From Candidatus Omnitrophota bacterium (lineage in GTDB: Bacteria; Omnitrophota; Omnitrophia; Omnitrophales; Aquincolibacteriaceae), in contig JAHFHG010000002.1 of assembly GCA_023247035.1 (NCBI GenBank), forward strand, positions 12,090 through 76,089: 64,000 nt of DNA, read 5' to 3'. The notes beneath the pieces were generated by a model that saw only the letters and a list, made by a program, of their open reading frames with translations, searched no databases and was not told the origin of the DNA. Shown here piece after piece: positions 1 through 10,482 of this stretch (position 1 is the stretch's first letter; each line of letters begins with the position of its first letter). The translations under genes and the position numbers were made by a program.

Positions 1-13
1 CGAAGAAATCTTT

Positions 14-1159
14 ATGGTCATGAAGGCGATTACGTTTGCGGTGGTGATTCTCATGGCCTTTACGTTTTTGTACCGCGGATTGAGTTATTCCCGCGTTTAC
101 CTTGTCGCTTTGTGGATTCTTTCCATTTTTTTGGTAAGTTTCGCGCGGTATTTTCTGATCCAATGGGAATACCGGCGGAAGATTCAGAAAAAGCAGCTCA
201 TCCGCGTCCTGATCGTCGGCGTGAATGCCAATGCCCGGAACATTATTCAGTGGGCTAACATCAATCCTCATTACGGCCATCAAGTGATCGGAGTCCTGGC
301 AAAAGACGCCTCTCTTACAGGCAAACATTTGGAGGATGCCGCGATCCTCGGGGAAGCGGATCAGTGCGAGAAATACATTGAAGAGCTGAAACCGGACCGC
401 GTCGTGCTTGTGGATCCTCTGTTCTCAAGGCAGAGGATCGCCGATCTTGTCGCTTTATGTGAAGACCGGATGATTGAATTCAAACTTGCCGCGGACCTCT
501 ACGGGCTGATGACTCAGTCGATCGACGTAGAATACATGAGCCGCGTGCCCCTGCTGGGCTTCCGCTCTCTTCCGCTGGATGACCCGTGGAACTGCGTCGT
601 GAAGAGAGCTTTTGATCTGGCGGTTTCACTGCTCTTGGGCGTCCTCGCGCTTCCGGTTTGGTCTTTTGCGATTTTGCTTATTAAGTTAGACGACGGCGGG
701 CCCGTCTTTTACATTCAGGAACGGATGGGCAGGGATCAGAAAATTTTTCCATTGATCAAGTTTAGAACGATGAAAGTGGACGCGGAAAAGGAAACGGGCC
801 CGGTATGGGCAAAGCCGGATGATAGGCGCCGGACAAGGATCGGAAATTTTCTGAGGCGGTGGAACATTGACGAACTGCCCCAGCTCTTCAATGTGCTGCG
901 GGGCGATATGAGCCTGGTAGGCCCGCGCCCGGAACGCCCTCATTTTATTACGGTGTTTCGAGAATCGATACCCCGGTATATGGCGCGGCATCAAATCAAG
1001 TCGGGGATCACGGGCTGGGCCCAAGTCAACGGCTACCGGGGAGACACTTCCATTCAGGAACGGATTAAATATGATCTTTATTATATGGAAAACTGGTCGC
1101 TTTTGCTGGACATCGAAATCTTGTTTATGACCTTTGTGGCGTATCGGAATGCGTATTAG
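14..1159 (+). CDS. Bacterial sugar transferase (polyprenyl-phosphate hexose-1-phosphate transferase, WbaP/EpsL-like). The reading frame is open to the window edge, so the true 5' end may lie upstream.
   Basis: N-terminal TM helices followed by the C-terminal motifs PLIKFRTM and DELPQLFNVLRGDMSLVGPRPERP typical of the Bac_transf domain. Confidence 0.8.
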   Translation: MVMKAITFAVVILMAFTFLYRGLSYSRVYLVALWILSIFLVSFARYFLIQWEYRRKIQKKQLIRVLIVGVNANARNIIQWANINPHYGHQVIGVLAKDASLTGKHLEDAAILGEADQCEKYIEELKPDRVVLVDPLFSRQRIADLVALCEDRMIEFKLAADLYGLMTQSIDVEYMSRVPLLGFRSLPLDDPWNCVVKRAFDLAVSLLLGVLALPVWSFAILLIKLDDGGPVFYIQERMGRDQKIFPLIKFRTMKVDAEKETGPVWAKPDDRRRTRIGNFLRRWNIDELPQLFNVLRGDMSLVGPRPERPHFITVFRESIPRYMARHQIKSGITGWAQVNGYRGDTSIQERIKYDLYYMENWSLLLDIEILFMTFVAYRNAY

Positions 1160-1192
1160 AGGGCTCGAAGTTAAATAACATTTGCAACCGGA

Positions 1193-1981
1193 GTGAAACG
1201 AATCATGGAAAAAGCACCTGTCTCTGTCGTGATTATCGCGAAGAACGAAGAAAAACGGATCGAGGAATGCCTTAAGAGTGCGGCGTGGGCAAGAGAAATT
1301 GTCGTCCTCGACGATATGAGCACGGATAAGACCGTTGAAAAGGCCCGCCCTTTCACGGATAAAATTTTTCAGCGCGCAATGGATATTGAAGGAAGGCAGC
1401 GCAATTTCGCCTATGAAAAGGCGACGGAGGAATGGGTGCTGAGCCTGGATGCGGACGAGCGCGTAAGCCCTGAATTGGCCTGCGAAATTGCCGAAACGAT
1501 CCGCCGGGATAACGGAAAATTTATCTGTTACGCGATTCCGATCAAGACTTTTATCGGTACGGAGTGGGTCCAGGGCGCGGGATATTACCCGGCCGCCAAG
1601 ACGCGGCTTTTCCGCAGGGGAAAATTCCGTTATGAGGAAGCGCGGGTTCATCCCCGCGCCATTTACGAAGGCGCCTGCGGCCTCCTGAAAGGCGATATCC
1701 TTCATTATTCCTGCCGGGATTTGGAGCATTGGATCGCAAAATTTAACCGCGAGACCACCCTGGAAGCCGACAAATGGATCGCGGACGGACGAAAGGTTAC
1801 GCTGTTTTCAAGCCTCCGCAAAACCGCGGATCGGTTTTTGAAAAATTATTTTCTTAAAAAAGGCTGGCGTTCCGGGTTTATGGGATTTTTGATGTCCGTC
1901 TTTCACGGCCTTTACCAGCTTTTCTCCTACGCGAAATACCGGGAAATGAAAAAAGCCCGGCAGAAAAAAGGGAGCTCCTAA
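1193..1981 (+). CDS. Glycosyltransferase family 2
   Basis: VSVVIIAKNEEKRIEECL ... VLDDMSTD ... LSLDADERV (GT2 DXD-type signature). The start may instead be the ATG at 1205. Confidence 0.75.
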   Translation: MKRIMEKAPVSVVIIAKNEEKRIEECLKSAAWAREIVVLDDMSTDKTVEKARPFTDKIFQRAMDIEGRQRNFAYEKATEEWVLSLDADERVSPELACEIAETIRRDNGKFICYAIPIKTFIGTEWVQGAGYYPAAKTRLFRRGKFRYEEARVHPRAIYEGACGLLKGDILHYSCRDLEHWIAKFNRETTLEADKWIADGRKVTLFSSLRKTADRFLKNYFLKKGWRSGFMGFLMSVFHGLYQLFSYAKYREMKKARQKKGSS

Positions 1982-1987
1982 AGACTC

Positions 1988-3124
1988 ATGGCAGAAGAGG
2001 CCGTAAAAATTTCCGTGCCTTATTTTGATCTTACGCGCCAGCGCCGCGAGCTGTCTTCGCAGCTCGAAACGGTTTTGAAGGACGTTTTAGAATCGGGCCA
2101 ATACGTCCTGTCGAGCGCCGTCCGGGACTTTGAAAACGCTTTTGCCCGATTCTGCGGGAGTCCCTATGCCGTGGGCGTAGGTTCAGGGACAGACGCCTTG
2201 ATTTTTGCCCTCAAGGCTTGCGGGATCGAAAAAGGGGATGAAGTCGTCGTCCCTTCTTTCACTTTTATCGCCAGCGCTTTTGGCATTTCTCATGCCGGAG
2301 CCCGGCCTGTTTTTGCGGACGTGGATCCCCGGACTTATACTCTAGATCCCGCCTCCGTCGAAAAAGTTTTAACCCGGCGGACGCGCGCGATTTTACCCGT
2401 TCATTTATACGGCCAGGCCGCGGATATGGAGCCGCTCCTTGCGCTGGCAAAAGAAAAAAAATTAAAAGTCATTGAAGATGCCTGCCAGGCTCACGGCGCC
2501 TTGTGGAAGAATAAAAAAGCCGGAACCCTGGGAGATGCGGGCTGTTTCAGCTTTTATCCTACGAAGAACCTTGGAGCGATCGGAGACGGGGGAATGGTCC
2601 TGACCTCGAAGGCCTCGCGCGCCGAAAGTGTCCGGCGGCTGGGCAATTTGGGACGCACGAGCCTAAAAGATCCGCACTGGGAATTCGGCTGGACGAGCCG
2701 CCTCGATGCGCTGCAGGCGGGAGTTTTGAGCGTCAAGCTGAAATTTTTGGACTCCTTTAATGAAAAACGAAGGAAGATCGCGGAGCGTTACAAAAAAAAT
2801 CTAAAGGATACGCCGCTGGTTCTTCCTTATGAGCGGGAAGATGGCCGGCACGTTTATCATCTTTTCGTGGTCCGGGTCCCGAACCGCCGGCGCGGCCCTT
2901 TGCAAAAATTCCTTCAGGAAGAAGGGGTGCCGACGAGGGTTCATTATCCGCAGCCAATCCACCGGCAGCCTCCTTACCTTGAGTTTGCCAAGGCTTTGAA
3001 ACGCCTTCCGGTTACGGAAATGCTTGCAAAGGAAATCCTCTCGCTTCCGATCTTTCCTGAAATGAAAGAAGAAGAAATTGACCGCGTTTGCGAAGTGATC
3101 AGGCGGTTTTACGGTATGGGTTAA
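1988..3124 (+). CDS. DegT/DnrJ/EryC1/StrS-family PLP-dependent sugar aminotransferase
   Basis: N-terminus SVPYFDLTRQ...ESGQYVL, a central GDEVVVPSFTF motif and a 378-aa length typical of the family. Confidence 0.85.
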   Translation: MAEEAVKISVPYFDLTRQRRELSSQLETVLKDVLESGQYVLSSAVRDFENAFARFCGSPYAVGVGSGTDALIFALKACGIEKGDEVVVPSFTFIASAFGISHAGARPVFADVDPRTYTLDPASVEKVLTRRTRAILPVHLYGQAADMEPLLALAKEKKLKVIEDACQAHGALWKNKKAGTLGDAGCFSFYPTKNLGAIGDGGMVLTSKASRAESVRRLGNLGRTSLKDPHWEFGWTSRLDALQAGVLSVKLKFLDSFNEKRRKIAERYKKNLKDTPLVLPYEREDGRHVYHLFVVRVPNRRRGPLQKFLQEEGVPTRVHYPQPIHRQPPYLEFAKALKRLPVTEMLAKEILSLPIFPEMKEEEIDRVCEVIRRFYGMG

Positions 3125-3135
3125 TCCAAACTTCA

Positions 3136-3675
3136 ATGGAGAAGATTATTTTCATCGACCGGGACGGAGTCATCAACGTGGACCCGATCGGCGATTACGT
3201 GAAATCCTGGGAGGAGTTCAAATTTGAAAACGGGGCGCTTGAGGGGCTTAAAATTCTCTCGGACCGCGGTTACGGGATCATTTTGATTTCCAATCAGGCG
3301 GGCATCGGCGACGGTGTTTTTTCCAAAGAAACCTTAGACGATATTCACCGGAAGATGCTGGAAGTCTTTGCCGGCCGGGGTATCCGGATACGCTCCTCGC
3401 ACTACTGCCTGCACGGCAAAAATGCAGGCTGCAAATGCCGCAAACCCGAAACCGGATTATTCCAGGCCGCCGTGAAGGGGATACAATATGATCCGCAGCG
3501 GACTTTTTTGATAGGAGATAAGGCAACCGATATGGAGGCCGGCGTCCGGTTCGGGATCAAGACTATTTTTGTACGGACCGGACACGGAATTTTTGACGAA
3601 CCCCGGCTTGAGGGAAGATTCAAACCGGATTTTATCGCCGATTCGCTCACGGATGCCGTAAAACTTTTACCATGA
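3136..3675 (+). CDS. gmhB: HAD-IIIA phosphatase, D,D-heptose 1,7-bisphosphate phosphatase (GmhB)-like
   Basis: KIIFIDRDGVIN and ISNQAGIG motifs plus a Cys cluster (CLHGKNAGCKC). ATG at 3136 chosen inside the longer ORF. Confidence 0.65.
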   Translation: MEKIIFIDRDGVINVDPIGDYVKSWEEFKFENGALEGLKILSDRGYGIILISNQAGIGDGVFSKETLDDIHRKMLEVFAGRGIRIRSSHYCLHGKNAGCKCRKPETGLFQAAVKGIQYDPQRTFLIGDKATDMEAGVRFGIKTIFVRTGHGIFDEPRLEGRFKPDFIADSLTDAVKLLP

Positions 3676-4808
3676 AAATTTTAATTTTTCACGCCCCGGC
3701 CGGGCACGGGCACCGCCAGGTCGCGGAAGTCATCGCCGAGACCTTTCGAAAGCGCGGCTTTTCTTCCGACGAAGTAAAAGTCACGGACGCGCTGGAATCG
3801 ACCCCCTTTTTTTTCAAAAAGTCCTACCCTGCCGTTTATTTTAATGCGGTCAAATACCTTCCCAAGATTTGGGGCTGGGTCTATGAGACCTTGGACCGGC
3901 CCGGAATTTACCGGTTTTTAAGGCCTTTGCGTCGTTTTTTTAACAGGCTCACGGGCGCCAGGCTCCTCGGCGAGGTTATCGCTCAAGGGCCGGACGTTAT
4001 CATCTGCGCTCATTTTTTTTCCGCGGAACTTTTTGCGACCGCCAAAAAAAGAGGCGAACTCAACGCCCTGCTGGTTACGGTCATTACGGATTTTTATCCC
4101 CATAGCTTTTGGGTCAATGACGGGACCGACGTTTACTGGGTGATGAGCGAGGAAGGAAAAATGGCCTTAAAAGAGCGCGGGGTGGATGAAAAACAGATTC
4201 ATCCCGGAGGAATTCCGGTCGCGTACGCCTTTAAGCCTTCGGGGCGCAAAGAGGAACTCTTGCGAAGATGGAATTTTTCCAAGGAAAGGATGACGCTTCT
4301 TTTCACAAGCGGCAGCTTCGGCCTGGGTTCGCAAGGGCTTTTATTAAAAGCCCTCGAGCCGTTCAAAGATAAAATCCAATGTTTTGTCGTCTGCGGAATG
4401 AATGAAAAATTGAATACGCTGCTGCGCGCGCGGGCTTTTGAATTTCCCGTTCAAGTTTTCGGATTTGTCCATTTTATGGCCGATCTGATGGAAGCCAGCG
4501 ACCTGATCCTCACCAAATGCGGCGGCTCAACCACCACCGAAGCCCTCGCCAAAGGCGTCCCGATAGTCGTGATGGATCCGATTCCCGGCCAGGAAACGCG
4601 CAACGCCCATTTATTAAAAGCGCGCAACGCCGCTTTTTTCATCGAAAAGCCGGATCAAATTTTTCTTATCCTCAAAGTCATTTTTGAACACCCTGAAATC
4701 CTCGCGGCAAAACATTCCGAGATTCAGCAACTCGCAAAACCCAATGCCGCCGATGACCTCGTCACATTCATTTTAGAGCTTTTAAAAAAGGCGGCGCATG
4801 AAATCTAA
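3672..4808 (+). CDS. GT28-family glycosyltransferase (MGDG synthase / processive diacylglycerol glycosyltransferase-like)
   Basis: N-terminus MKILIFHAPAGHGHRQVAEVIAE and the C-terminal GT-B donor-binding region KCGGSTTTEAL. Confidence 0.7.
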   Translation: MKILIFHAPAGHGHRQVAEVIAETFRKRGFSSDEVKVTDALESTPFFFKKSYPAVYFNAVKYLPKIWGWVYETLDRPGIYRFLRPLRRFFNRLTGARLLGEVIAQGPDVIICAHFFSAELFATAKKRGELNALLVTVITDFYPHSFWVNDGTDVYWVMSEEGKMALKERGVDEKQIHPGGIPVAYAFKPSGRKEELLRRWNFSKERMTLLFTSGSFGLGSQGLLLKALEPFKDKIQCFVVCGMNEKLNTLLRARAFEFPVQVFGFVHFMADLMEASDLILTKCGGSTTTEALAKGVPIVVMDPIPGQETRNAHLLKARNAAFFIEKPDQIFLILKVIFEHPEILAAKHSEIQQLAKPNAADDLVTFILELLKKAAHEI

Positions 4809-5490
4809 AGAAGCCCGTCTTTTTTTGAAATCCCTGAAAGAAGACGGGATCGAAGAAATTTATAGCGATCCTGCCGGACGAAAATCCCCTTCCGTTCCAG
4901 CGCCGGAACAAAACCGAATCCGATCGCCTGAGAAGGAATGGTTTCTGTTAAAAGAAAAAGCGGAGACGTGCACTTTATGCCGGGAACTTGCGGCCAAACG
5001 GAAAAAGGTCGTGTTCGGGGCGGGCAACGCCGGCGCAAAACTGATGTTTGTCGGCGAGGCGCCCGGATACGAAGAAGACGTGCAGGGGCTTCCTTTTGTC
5101 GGAGCGGCGGGCCAGCTTCTGACAAAAATCATTGAATCCATCGGCCTTAGGCGCGAGGAGGTCTTCATCGCCAATGTTTTAAAATGCCGGCCGCCCGCCA
5201 ACCGCCAGCCCAAACCGGATGAAATCTTGAATTGCGAGCCCTACCTGTTAAAGCAAATTGAGTTGATCCAACCCCAGATCCTCTGCGCGCTCGGGACGTT
5301 TGCGGCGCAAACGCTCCTTAAGACGGGAGAATCCATCTCGAGCCTTCGCGGGCGCTTTCACGACTTGCGCGGGATCAAGGTGATGTGTACTTATCACCCG
5401 GCTTATCTCTTGCGCAACCCGGGCGACAAGCGCAAAGTTTGGGAGGATATGAAAAAAATCAAGAAGGAATTGGAGGCCTTCGCCGCGTGA
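4798..5490 (+). CDS. Uracil-DNA glycosylase, family 4
   Basis: CTLCRELAAKRKKVVFGAGNAGAKLMFVGEAPGYEEDVQGLPFVGAAGQLL, matching the family-4 UDG motifs. Confidence 0.85.
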   Translation: MKSKEARLFLKSLKEDGIEEIYSDPAGRKSPSVPAPEQNRIRSPEKEWFLLKEKAETCTLCRELAAKRKKVVFGAGNAGAKLMFVGEAPGYEEDVQGLPFVGAAGQLLTKIIESIGLRREEVFIANVLKCRPPANRQPKPDEILNCEPYLLKQIELIQPQILCALGTFAAQTLLKTGESISSLRGRFHDLRGIKVMCTYHPAYLLRNPGDKRKVWEDMKKIKKELEAFAA

Positions 5491-7601
5491 CGGAGTTACT
5501 GAGCCGGACGGGAATTTGCGTGGATGTTGCCGTGCCTCTTCCGGTCGAGGGATTATTTTCATATCTCGCCCCGGTCCAGGAGGAGGGAAAAAAAATCCAG
5601 GCCGGCGTCCGCGTGCGTATTCCGTTCCGCAACCGCGAAATGATCGGCTATTTAGTCGGCCAGCGTCCGGCGCGGGAAGGGGAGAATCTCAAATCCGTGA
5701 TCCAAATCTTGGATGAAGCCCCTGTTCTTTCCCCGGTGATGCTTGAGCTGACCCGGTGGATCAGCAGTTATTACGGTTCAAGCTGGGGAGAGGCGATCGA
5801 GAACGCGCTTCCGCGCTGGGTAAAATATGGAAAAAAGGCGCTCGATCATTTGGAACGGCGCAAGGAGGAAGAAACCGGCGCAGGCCCGGCCCTTGGCGCT
5901 CCGGAGCCGGAGAACCGAAAACTTTCGGCCGCCCAGACCCGGGCTTTAGACGTTATCAAAAACGCTTTAAATACTCCTCACCCCAAACCGGTTTTGATCT
6001 ACGGAGTGACCGGGAGCGGGAAAAGTGAAATTTATATCCGGGCCATTCAAGAGGTGTTGAAAAGAAACCAATCCGCGATTTGCCTTGTGCCCGAGATCGC
6101 GCTCACCGAGCAGATCCGGCGTTTTTTCCTTCACCATTTCGGCGGCGAGCTGGAAATTCTGCACAGTAAATTGAGCGACGGGGAGAGGTTCCTTGCCTGG
6201 AAACGGCTTGAACAAGGAACCCGGAAGGTCGTCCTGGGTCCGCGCTCCGCCGTTTTTGCTCCTGTCCCGAACCTGGGCCTTATTATTATGGACGAGGAGC
6301 ATGAAGGGACTTATAAGCAGGAAACCTCACCCCGTTATCACGCCCGTGAAGTTGCGGCCTGGCGCGCCCGCCGCGAAAACGCGCTCTTGATGATGGGAAC
6401 CGCGACTCCCTCGCTGGAATCCATGTTCCGCGCGGAGCACGGTGAAATCGATTGTGTCCGCCTGGAGTCGCGGATTGATGAAAAACAAATGCCGCAGGTC
6501 CAGCTTTTGGATTTGAAGGATGAGATCAATCAGCGCAAAAAAGCCGCGATTTTGACGCCTCGCCTTATTGCCGAACTCGAGTTGAATCTGCGAAAAAAAG
6601 AAGGGACGCTCTTGCTGTTGAACCGCCGCGGATTTTCGACTCATATCAATTGCCCCCGATGCGGGTCGGTTGAGACGTGCAGCTCCTGCCACGTTTCACT
6701 GACTTTTCATCAGGAAGAAGAATCCCTTTTGTGCCATTACTGCAATTATCAGAAGCCCGTTTCGCGGGAGTGCTCCCAATGCCGAACCCCGGTCCTGCGT
6801 TTTGGAGGATTCGGCACGGAAAAAGTGGAAAGCGAGGTCGCCAGACATTTCCCCGCCGCGCGCATCGCCCGGATGGACGCCGACAGCGTGCGCAGGAAAG
6901 GCTCGCACGAAGAAATCCTCAAGGATTTCAGAGACCGTAAATACGACATCCTGATCGGGACGCAAATGATCGCCAAGGGTTTTGATTTTCCCCACGTCAC
7001 GCTGGTCGGAGTGATCCTGGCCGATGTCGGGCTCATGCTGCCGGATTTCCGGTCCGCGGAAAGGACTTTCCAGTTGCTGACCCAAGTCGCAGGCCGAGCG
7101 GGAAGGGGAGCGGCGCCGGGCCGGGTTTTTATTCAAACTTTTTCTCCGAGCCATCCGAGCATCCGGTTCGCCAAAGACCACGACTATATGAGTTTTTATA
7201 AACAGGAAAGCCGGGAGCGTTTTCAATACCGCTATCCGCCGGTTTGCCGCTTAATCAATATCATTGTCCGGTCGAAATCCGAAAATCCGGCCTACCTCCA
7301 CGCCCGCGCGATCCGCGATTCCCTGAAGCAGGCGCTTACGTTAAATCCTTCTGAGGAGGCCGCGGCGAACGGATCTTCCAATTCTTTTTCACCGCCCGAT
7401 CCTTTGCAATCCCTTGAGATTATCGGCCCTGCGCCGCTTCCTTTTTACAAACTCCGCGGGCATTACCGCTGGCATATTATGATTAAAATTCCCCGTCTTT
7501 CGGCGGAACTTCCGGCAGCCGTCAAGGCCGTTGTTTCCAAACTAAAAAAGCCTTCGAATGTCGCTTATGCCCTCGATATCGACCCGCTGAATATTCTCTA
7601 A
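5487..7601 (+). CDS. priA: Primosomal protein N' (PriA replication-restart helicase)
   Basis: Walker A GVTGSGKSE, a DEEHE box, a Cys4 zinc finger (CPRCGSVETCSSCH...CHYCNY) and a C-terminal helicase domain. GTG start at 5487 overlaps the UDG stop (GTGA). Confidence 0.85.
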   Translation: MTELLSRTGICVDVAVPLPVEGLFSYLAPVQEEGKKIQAGVRVRIPFRNREMIGYLVGQRPAREGENLKSVIQILDEAPVLSPVMLELTRWISSYYGSSWGEAIENALPRWVKYGKKALDHLERRKEEETGAGPALGAPEPENRKLSAAQTRALDVIKNALNTPHPKPVLIYGVTGSGKSEIYIRAIQEVLKRNQSAICLVPEIALTEQIRRFFLHHFGGELEILHSKLSDGERFLAWKRLEQGTRKVVLGPRSAVFAPVPNLGLIIMDEEHEGTYKQETSPRYHAREVAAWRARRENALLMMGTATPSLESMFRAEHGEIDCVRLESRIDEKQMPQVQLLDLKDEINQRKKAAILTPRLIAELELNLRKKEGTLLLLNRRGFSTHINCPRCGSVETCSSCHVSLTFHQEEESLLCHYCNYQKPVSRECSQCRTPVLRFGGFGTEKVESEVARHFPAARIARMDADSVRRKGSHEEILKDFRDRKYDILIGTQMIAKGFDFPHVTLVGVILADVGLMLPDFRSAERTFQLLTQVAGRAGRGAAPGRVFIQTFSPSHPSIRFAKDHDYMSFYKQESRERFQYRYPPVCRLINIIVRSKSENPAYLHARAIRDSLKQALTLNPSEEAAANGSSNSFSPPDPLQSLEIIGPAPLPFYKLRGHYRWHIMIKIPRLSAELPAAVKAVVSKLKKPSNVAYALDIDPLNIL

Positions 7602-7668
7602 AAGCGCGATTTACAAGCGCGATTGAATTTGCGCGAACCTATAGGGGGGTGATACAATCCCGTCATTT

Positions 7669-8157
7669 ATGGCGCTTCTGAAAATCCGAACCTATCCCGA
7701 TCCTATTTTGAACAAAAAGGCCGAGCCGCTCACCGATTTTGGCCCCGACACGCAGCGTCTTTTCGACGATATGATTCAGACGATGTACGTCGAAGACGGC
7801 GTGGGATTGGCCGCGCCGCAGGTCGGCATTTCCAAACGGATTTTGATCGCTTCGCCGGCGATGAAACAGGGCGAAGAGTTCGTGATCGTGAATCCCGAAG
7901 TTTATTCTTTTTCCGGCCGCGAGTCCGGAATCGAAGGGTGCCTGAGCCTGCCGGGCATCAGCGGGGAGGTCGTGCGCGCCCAAAAAATACGCGTGCGTTA
8001 TCAGGACCGTTTTGGGAAAGCCTTCGATCTCGAAGCCAAGGATTTTTTTGCGCGGATTATCCAGCACGAAATAGATCATTTAGACGGGATTCTGCTTATC
8101 GACCGCCTCAACTTCCATCAACGCCAGGAAGCGCTGGCCCAGTACAAACGTTTCTAA
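7669..8157 (+). CDS. def: Peptide deformylase
   Basis: The three def motifs are present: GVGLAAPQVG, EGCLSLPG and HEIDHLDG. Confidence 0.9.
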   Translation: MALLKIRTYPDPILNKKAEPLTDFGPDTQRLFDDMIQTMYVEDGVGLAAPQVGISKRILIASPAMKQGEEFVIVNPEVYSFSGRESGIEGCLSLPGISGEVVRAQKIRVRYQDRFGKAFDLEAKDFFARIIQHEIDHLDGILLIDRLNFHQRQEALAQYKRF

Positions 8158-8158
8158 T

Positions 8159-9133
8159 TTGACTCTTCTTTTTTTTGGTTCCTCCGACTTTTCCCTGGCC
8201 GCCCTGCGCGCTTGCCTTGACCTCTCCGCGAAAATTCTTCTTGTGATTACGACACCGGACCGCCGGAAGGGAAGAGGCCTCAAGGAAAGCCCGAATCCCG
8301 TCAAACGATTTGCGGAGCGCCGCAATATTTCCGTTCTTGCTCCGGAAAATTTAAAATCAAACGAACTCATCGAGAGAGTCGTCCCGTTCAAGCCCGATCT
8401 TTTTGTCGTCTCCTCTTACGGCAAGATGATCCCTTCAAGCTGGCTTGCGATCCCTTCAAAGCTTGCCCTGAATGTCCATCCTTCTCTGCTTCCTAAATAC
8501 AGGGGCGCCGCGCCTATCAACTGGGCCATTCTGAATGGAGAACCCGAGACCGGCGTCAGCATTGCGGAAGTGACCGGCGAGATCGATCAAGGGGATATTT
8601 TTTATCAGAAAAAGATTCCTCTGGAAGATTCCTTCGACGCCCAGTCGCTTACGCAAAAGCTGGCGGATCTTTCTTATGAAGCGCTCGCTTCCGTATTAAA
8701 GACAATCCGGGAAAATAAAGAAGCAGCCCGGACAAAGCAGGATCATGCCCTGTCTTCTTACGCGCCAAAGCTTAAAAAAGAAGACGGCCTTATCGATTGG
8801 AAAAAATCCGCCGTCGACCTGTTTAATCTCATACGGGGTTTGCAGCCCTGGCCCGGAGCTTACGCCGGCGCGGGTTCAGAGCAGATTCAAATCTTGAAGG
8901 CCTCGGTGAAGGATCGCTCGGAAGCGCCGGGCCAATGCGATGCCGGAACGGTTCTCTCTATTGAGAAGCAAGGAATCCTTCGGGTTCAGACCGGAAAAGG
9001 AGTTTTGGATATCGAAAGAGTCCGGCCCGCAGGGCGGAAAGAAATGAGCGGCGCGGATTTTGCCCGCGGAAAGCGTCTTCAGCCGGGTTTTCTATTCACA
9101 GTATCTTCCCGCCTGCCGGGAGCGGGTTCATAA
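8159..9133 (+). CDS. fmt: Methionyl-tRNA formyltransferase
   Basis: N-terminal formyltransferase fold (LLFFGSSDFS, HPSLLPKYRG) plus the C-terminal fmt domain. TTG start immediately after def. Confidence 0.85.
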   Translation: MTLLFFGSSDFSLAALRACLDLSAKILLVITTPDRRKGRGLKESPNPVKRFAERRNISVLAPENLKSNELIERVVPFKPDLFVVSSYGKMIPSSWLAIPSKLALNVHPSLLPKYRGAAPINWAILNGEPETGVSIAEVTGEIDQGDIFYQKKIPLEDSFDAQSLTQKLADLSYEALASVLKTIRENKEAARTKQDHALSSYAPKLKKEDGLIDWKKSAVDLFNLIRGLQPWPGAYAGAGSEQIQILKASVKDRSEAPGQCDAGTVLSIEKQGILRVQTGKGVLDIERVRPAGRKEMSGADFARGKRLQPGFLFTVSSRLPGAGS

Positions 9134-9134
9134 A

Positions 9135-10256
9135 ATGAAGATTCTGCATTTGACGACCCACCTGAATATCGGAGGCATCACGACTTATATTTTGAGGTTG
9201 ATCCGCCCCTTCAGACAAAACGGCATAGAGACTTTTGTCCTCTCCAGCGGCGGAACTTGCACGGCAATGCTCAGGGCCGCCGGGGCGACTGTTTTTGAAC
9301 TTCCGATCCGGACCAAAAGCGAGCTGAATCCCAAGATTTATTGGGCGATTCCAAAGATCCGAAGAATCATCAGGGAAAACAAAATTGATATTTTGCACGC
9401 CCACACGCGTGTGACGCAGGTTGTGGCATTTTGGATTCAGAAAGCGACCGGTATTCCCGTGGTGACAACATGCCACGGATTTTATAAACGCCGGCTGGGC
9501 AGAAGGATCCTCCCGGCCTGGGGGGATCGGGTGATTGGAATCAGCCAGGGCGTGGCCGGCCATCTCCAGCAAGATCATAAGGTGGGGTTGGAGCGGATCG
9601 TGACTGTCAATAATGGCGTTGATATCGAAGAATTGGACAGGGCTTATGCCGGCCACGATTCCGTAAAGACCAAAGAGGAGTTTGGATTCCTCCGCCGAGA
9701 TCCCGTGGTGGGAATTGTTGCCCGGCTCGTGGCCGACAAGGGGCACGAATATCTCATACGGGCTATCGACCTATTGCGGAAAAAACATCCGGATATCCGG
9801 CTTTTAATTGTAGGCGACGGAATCCAAAAGAATTATTTGCAGCAGATCACTTCCCAATTGGAGCTTCATCAGCACGTGTTTTTTTTGGGGAGCGTTTCAG
9901 ATGTGACCCGACCTTTGGCGGCAATAGATATTTTCGCTTTCCCGGCGACGTGGCGCGAAGGATTCGGCCTAAGTATTGTTGAAGCGATGGCTTGCCGCAA
10001 ACCCGTTATCGTTTCAAATATTTGGGCCTTGAATTCTTTGATTCTCGACCAATCCACCGGCGTTCTGATTGAGCCCAAGAAAATCGAGCCGCTTGCCGAA
10101 GCCATTTCCGAGCTGATCCGCAATCCCGATAAAAGAGCGAAGATCGGCAGGGCAGGCAGGGAAATGGTCGAAGCGTCCTTCTCTGTCTCTCGAATGGCCT
10201 TGGAAATCCAGCAGATTTACCAAGGCCTCCTGCCGCTCGATACCCAACGAACTTGA
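9135..10256 (+). CDS. Glycosyltransferase family 4 (GT-B, group 1)
   Basis: N-terminus MKILHLTTHLNIGG and a C-terminal EGFGLSIVEAMACRKPVI motif. Confidence 0.8.
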   Translation: MKILHLTTHLNIGGITTYILRLIRPFRQNGIETFVLSSGGTCTAMLRAAGATVFELPIRTKSELNPKIYWAIPKIRRIIRENKIDILHAHTRVTQVVAFWIQKATGIPVVTTCHGFYKRRLGRRILPAWGDRVIGISQGVAGHLQQDHKVGLERIVTVNNGVDIEELDRAYAGHDSVKTKEEFGFLRRDPVVGIVARLVADKGHEYLIRAIDLLRKKHPDIRLLIVGDGIQKNYLQQITSQLELHQHVFFLGSVSDVTRPLAAIDIFAFPATWREGFGLSIVEAMACRKPVIVSNIWALNSLILDQSTGVLIEPKKIEPLAEAISELIRNPDKRAKIGRAGREMVEASFSVSRMALEIQQIYQGLLPLDTQRT

Positions 10257-10482
10257 GTCTGCGAAAGCTGGAGGCGCCTCTCGTAGAGCGAGGAATCGCC
10301 GCGAAAAGTTCGCAATCCTAATTTCGGCAGGTATCGCAGGGCCGGATTGAAACTCCCGCGCCGAAATAACGTAGGAAATCGCCTTACGGTTGCTTAAAAC
10401 CCCCGAAAGGAACTTTCCATTTTCAAAATCACCCCGTATACTTGATTCAGAGAGAGAGGATTTTCGTAAACGATAAAGCCAG

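Noticed and set aside
686-1729. 347-aa minus-strand ORF
   Set aside because: Antisense to the sugar transferase and GT2 genes; low-complexity translation; shadow ORF.
5385-5486. Upstream extension of the priA ORF
   Set aside because: It overlaps the UDG C-terminus. GTG at 5487 gives a normal PriA N-terminus.
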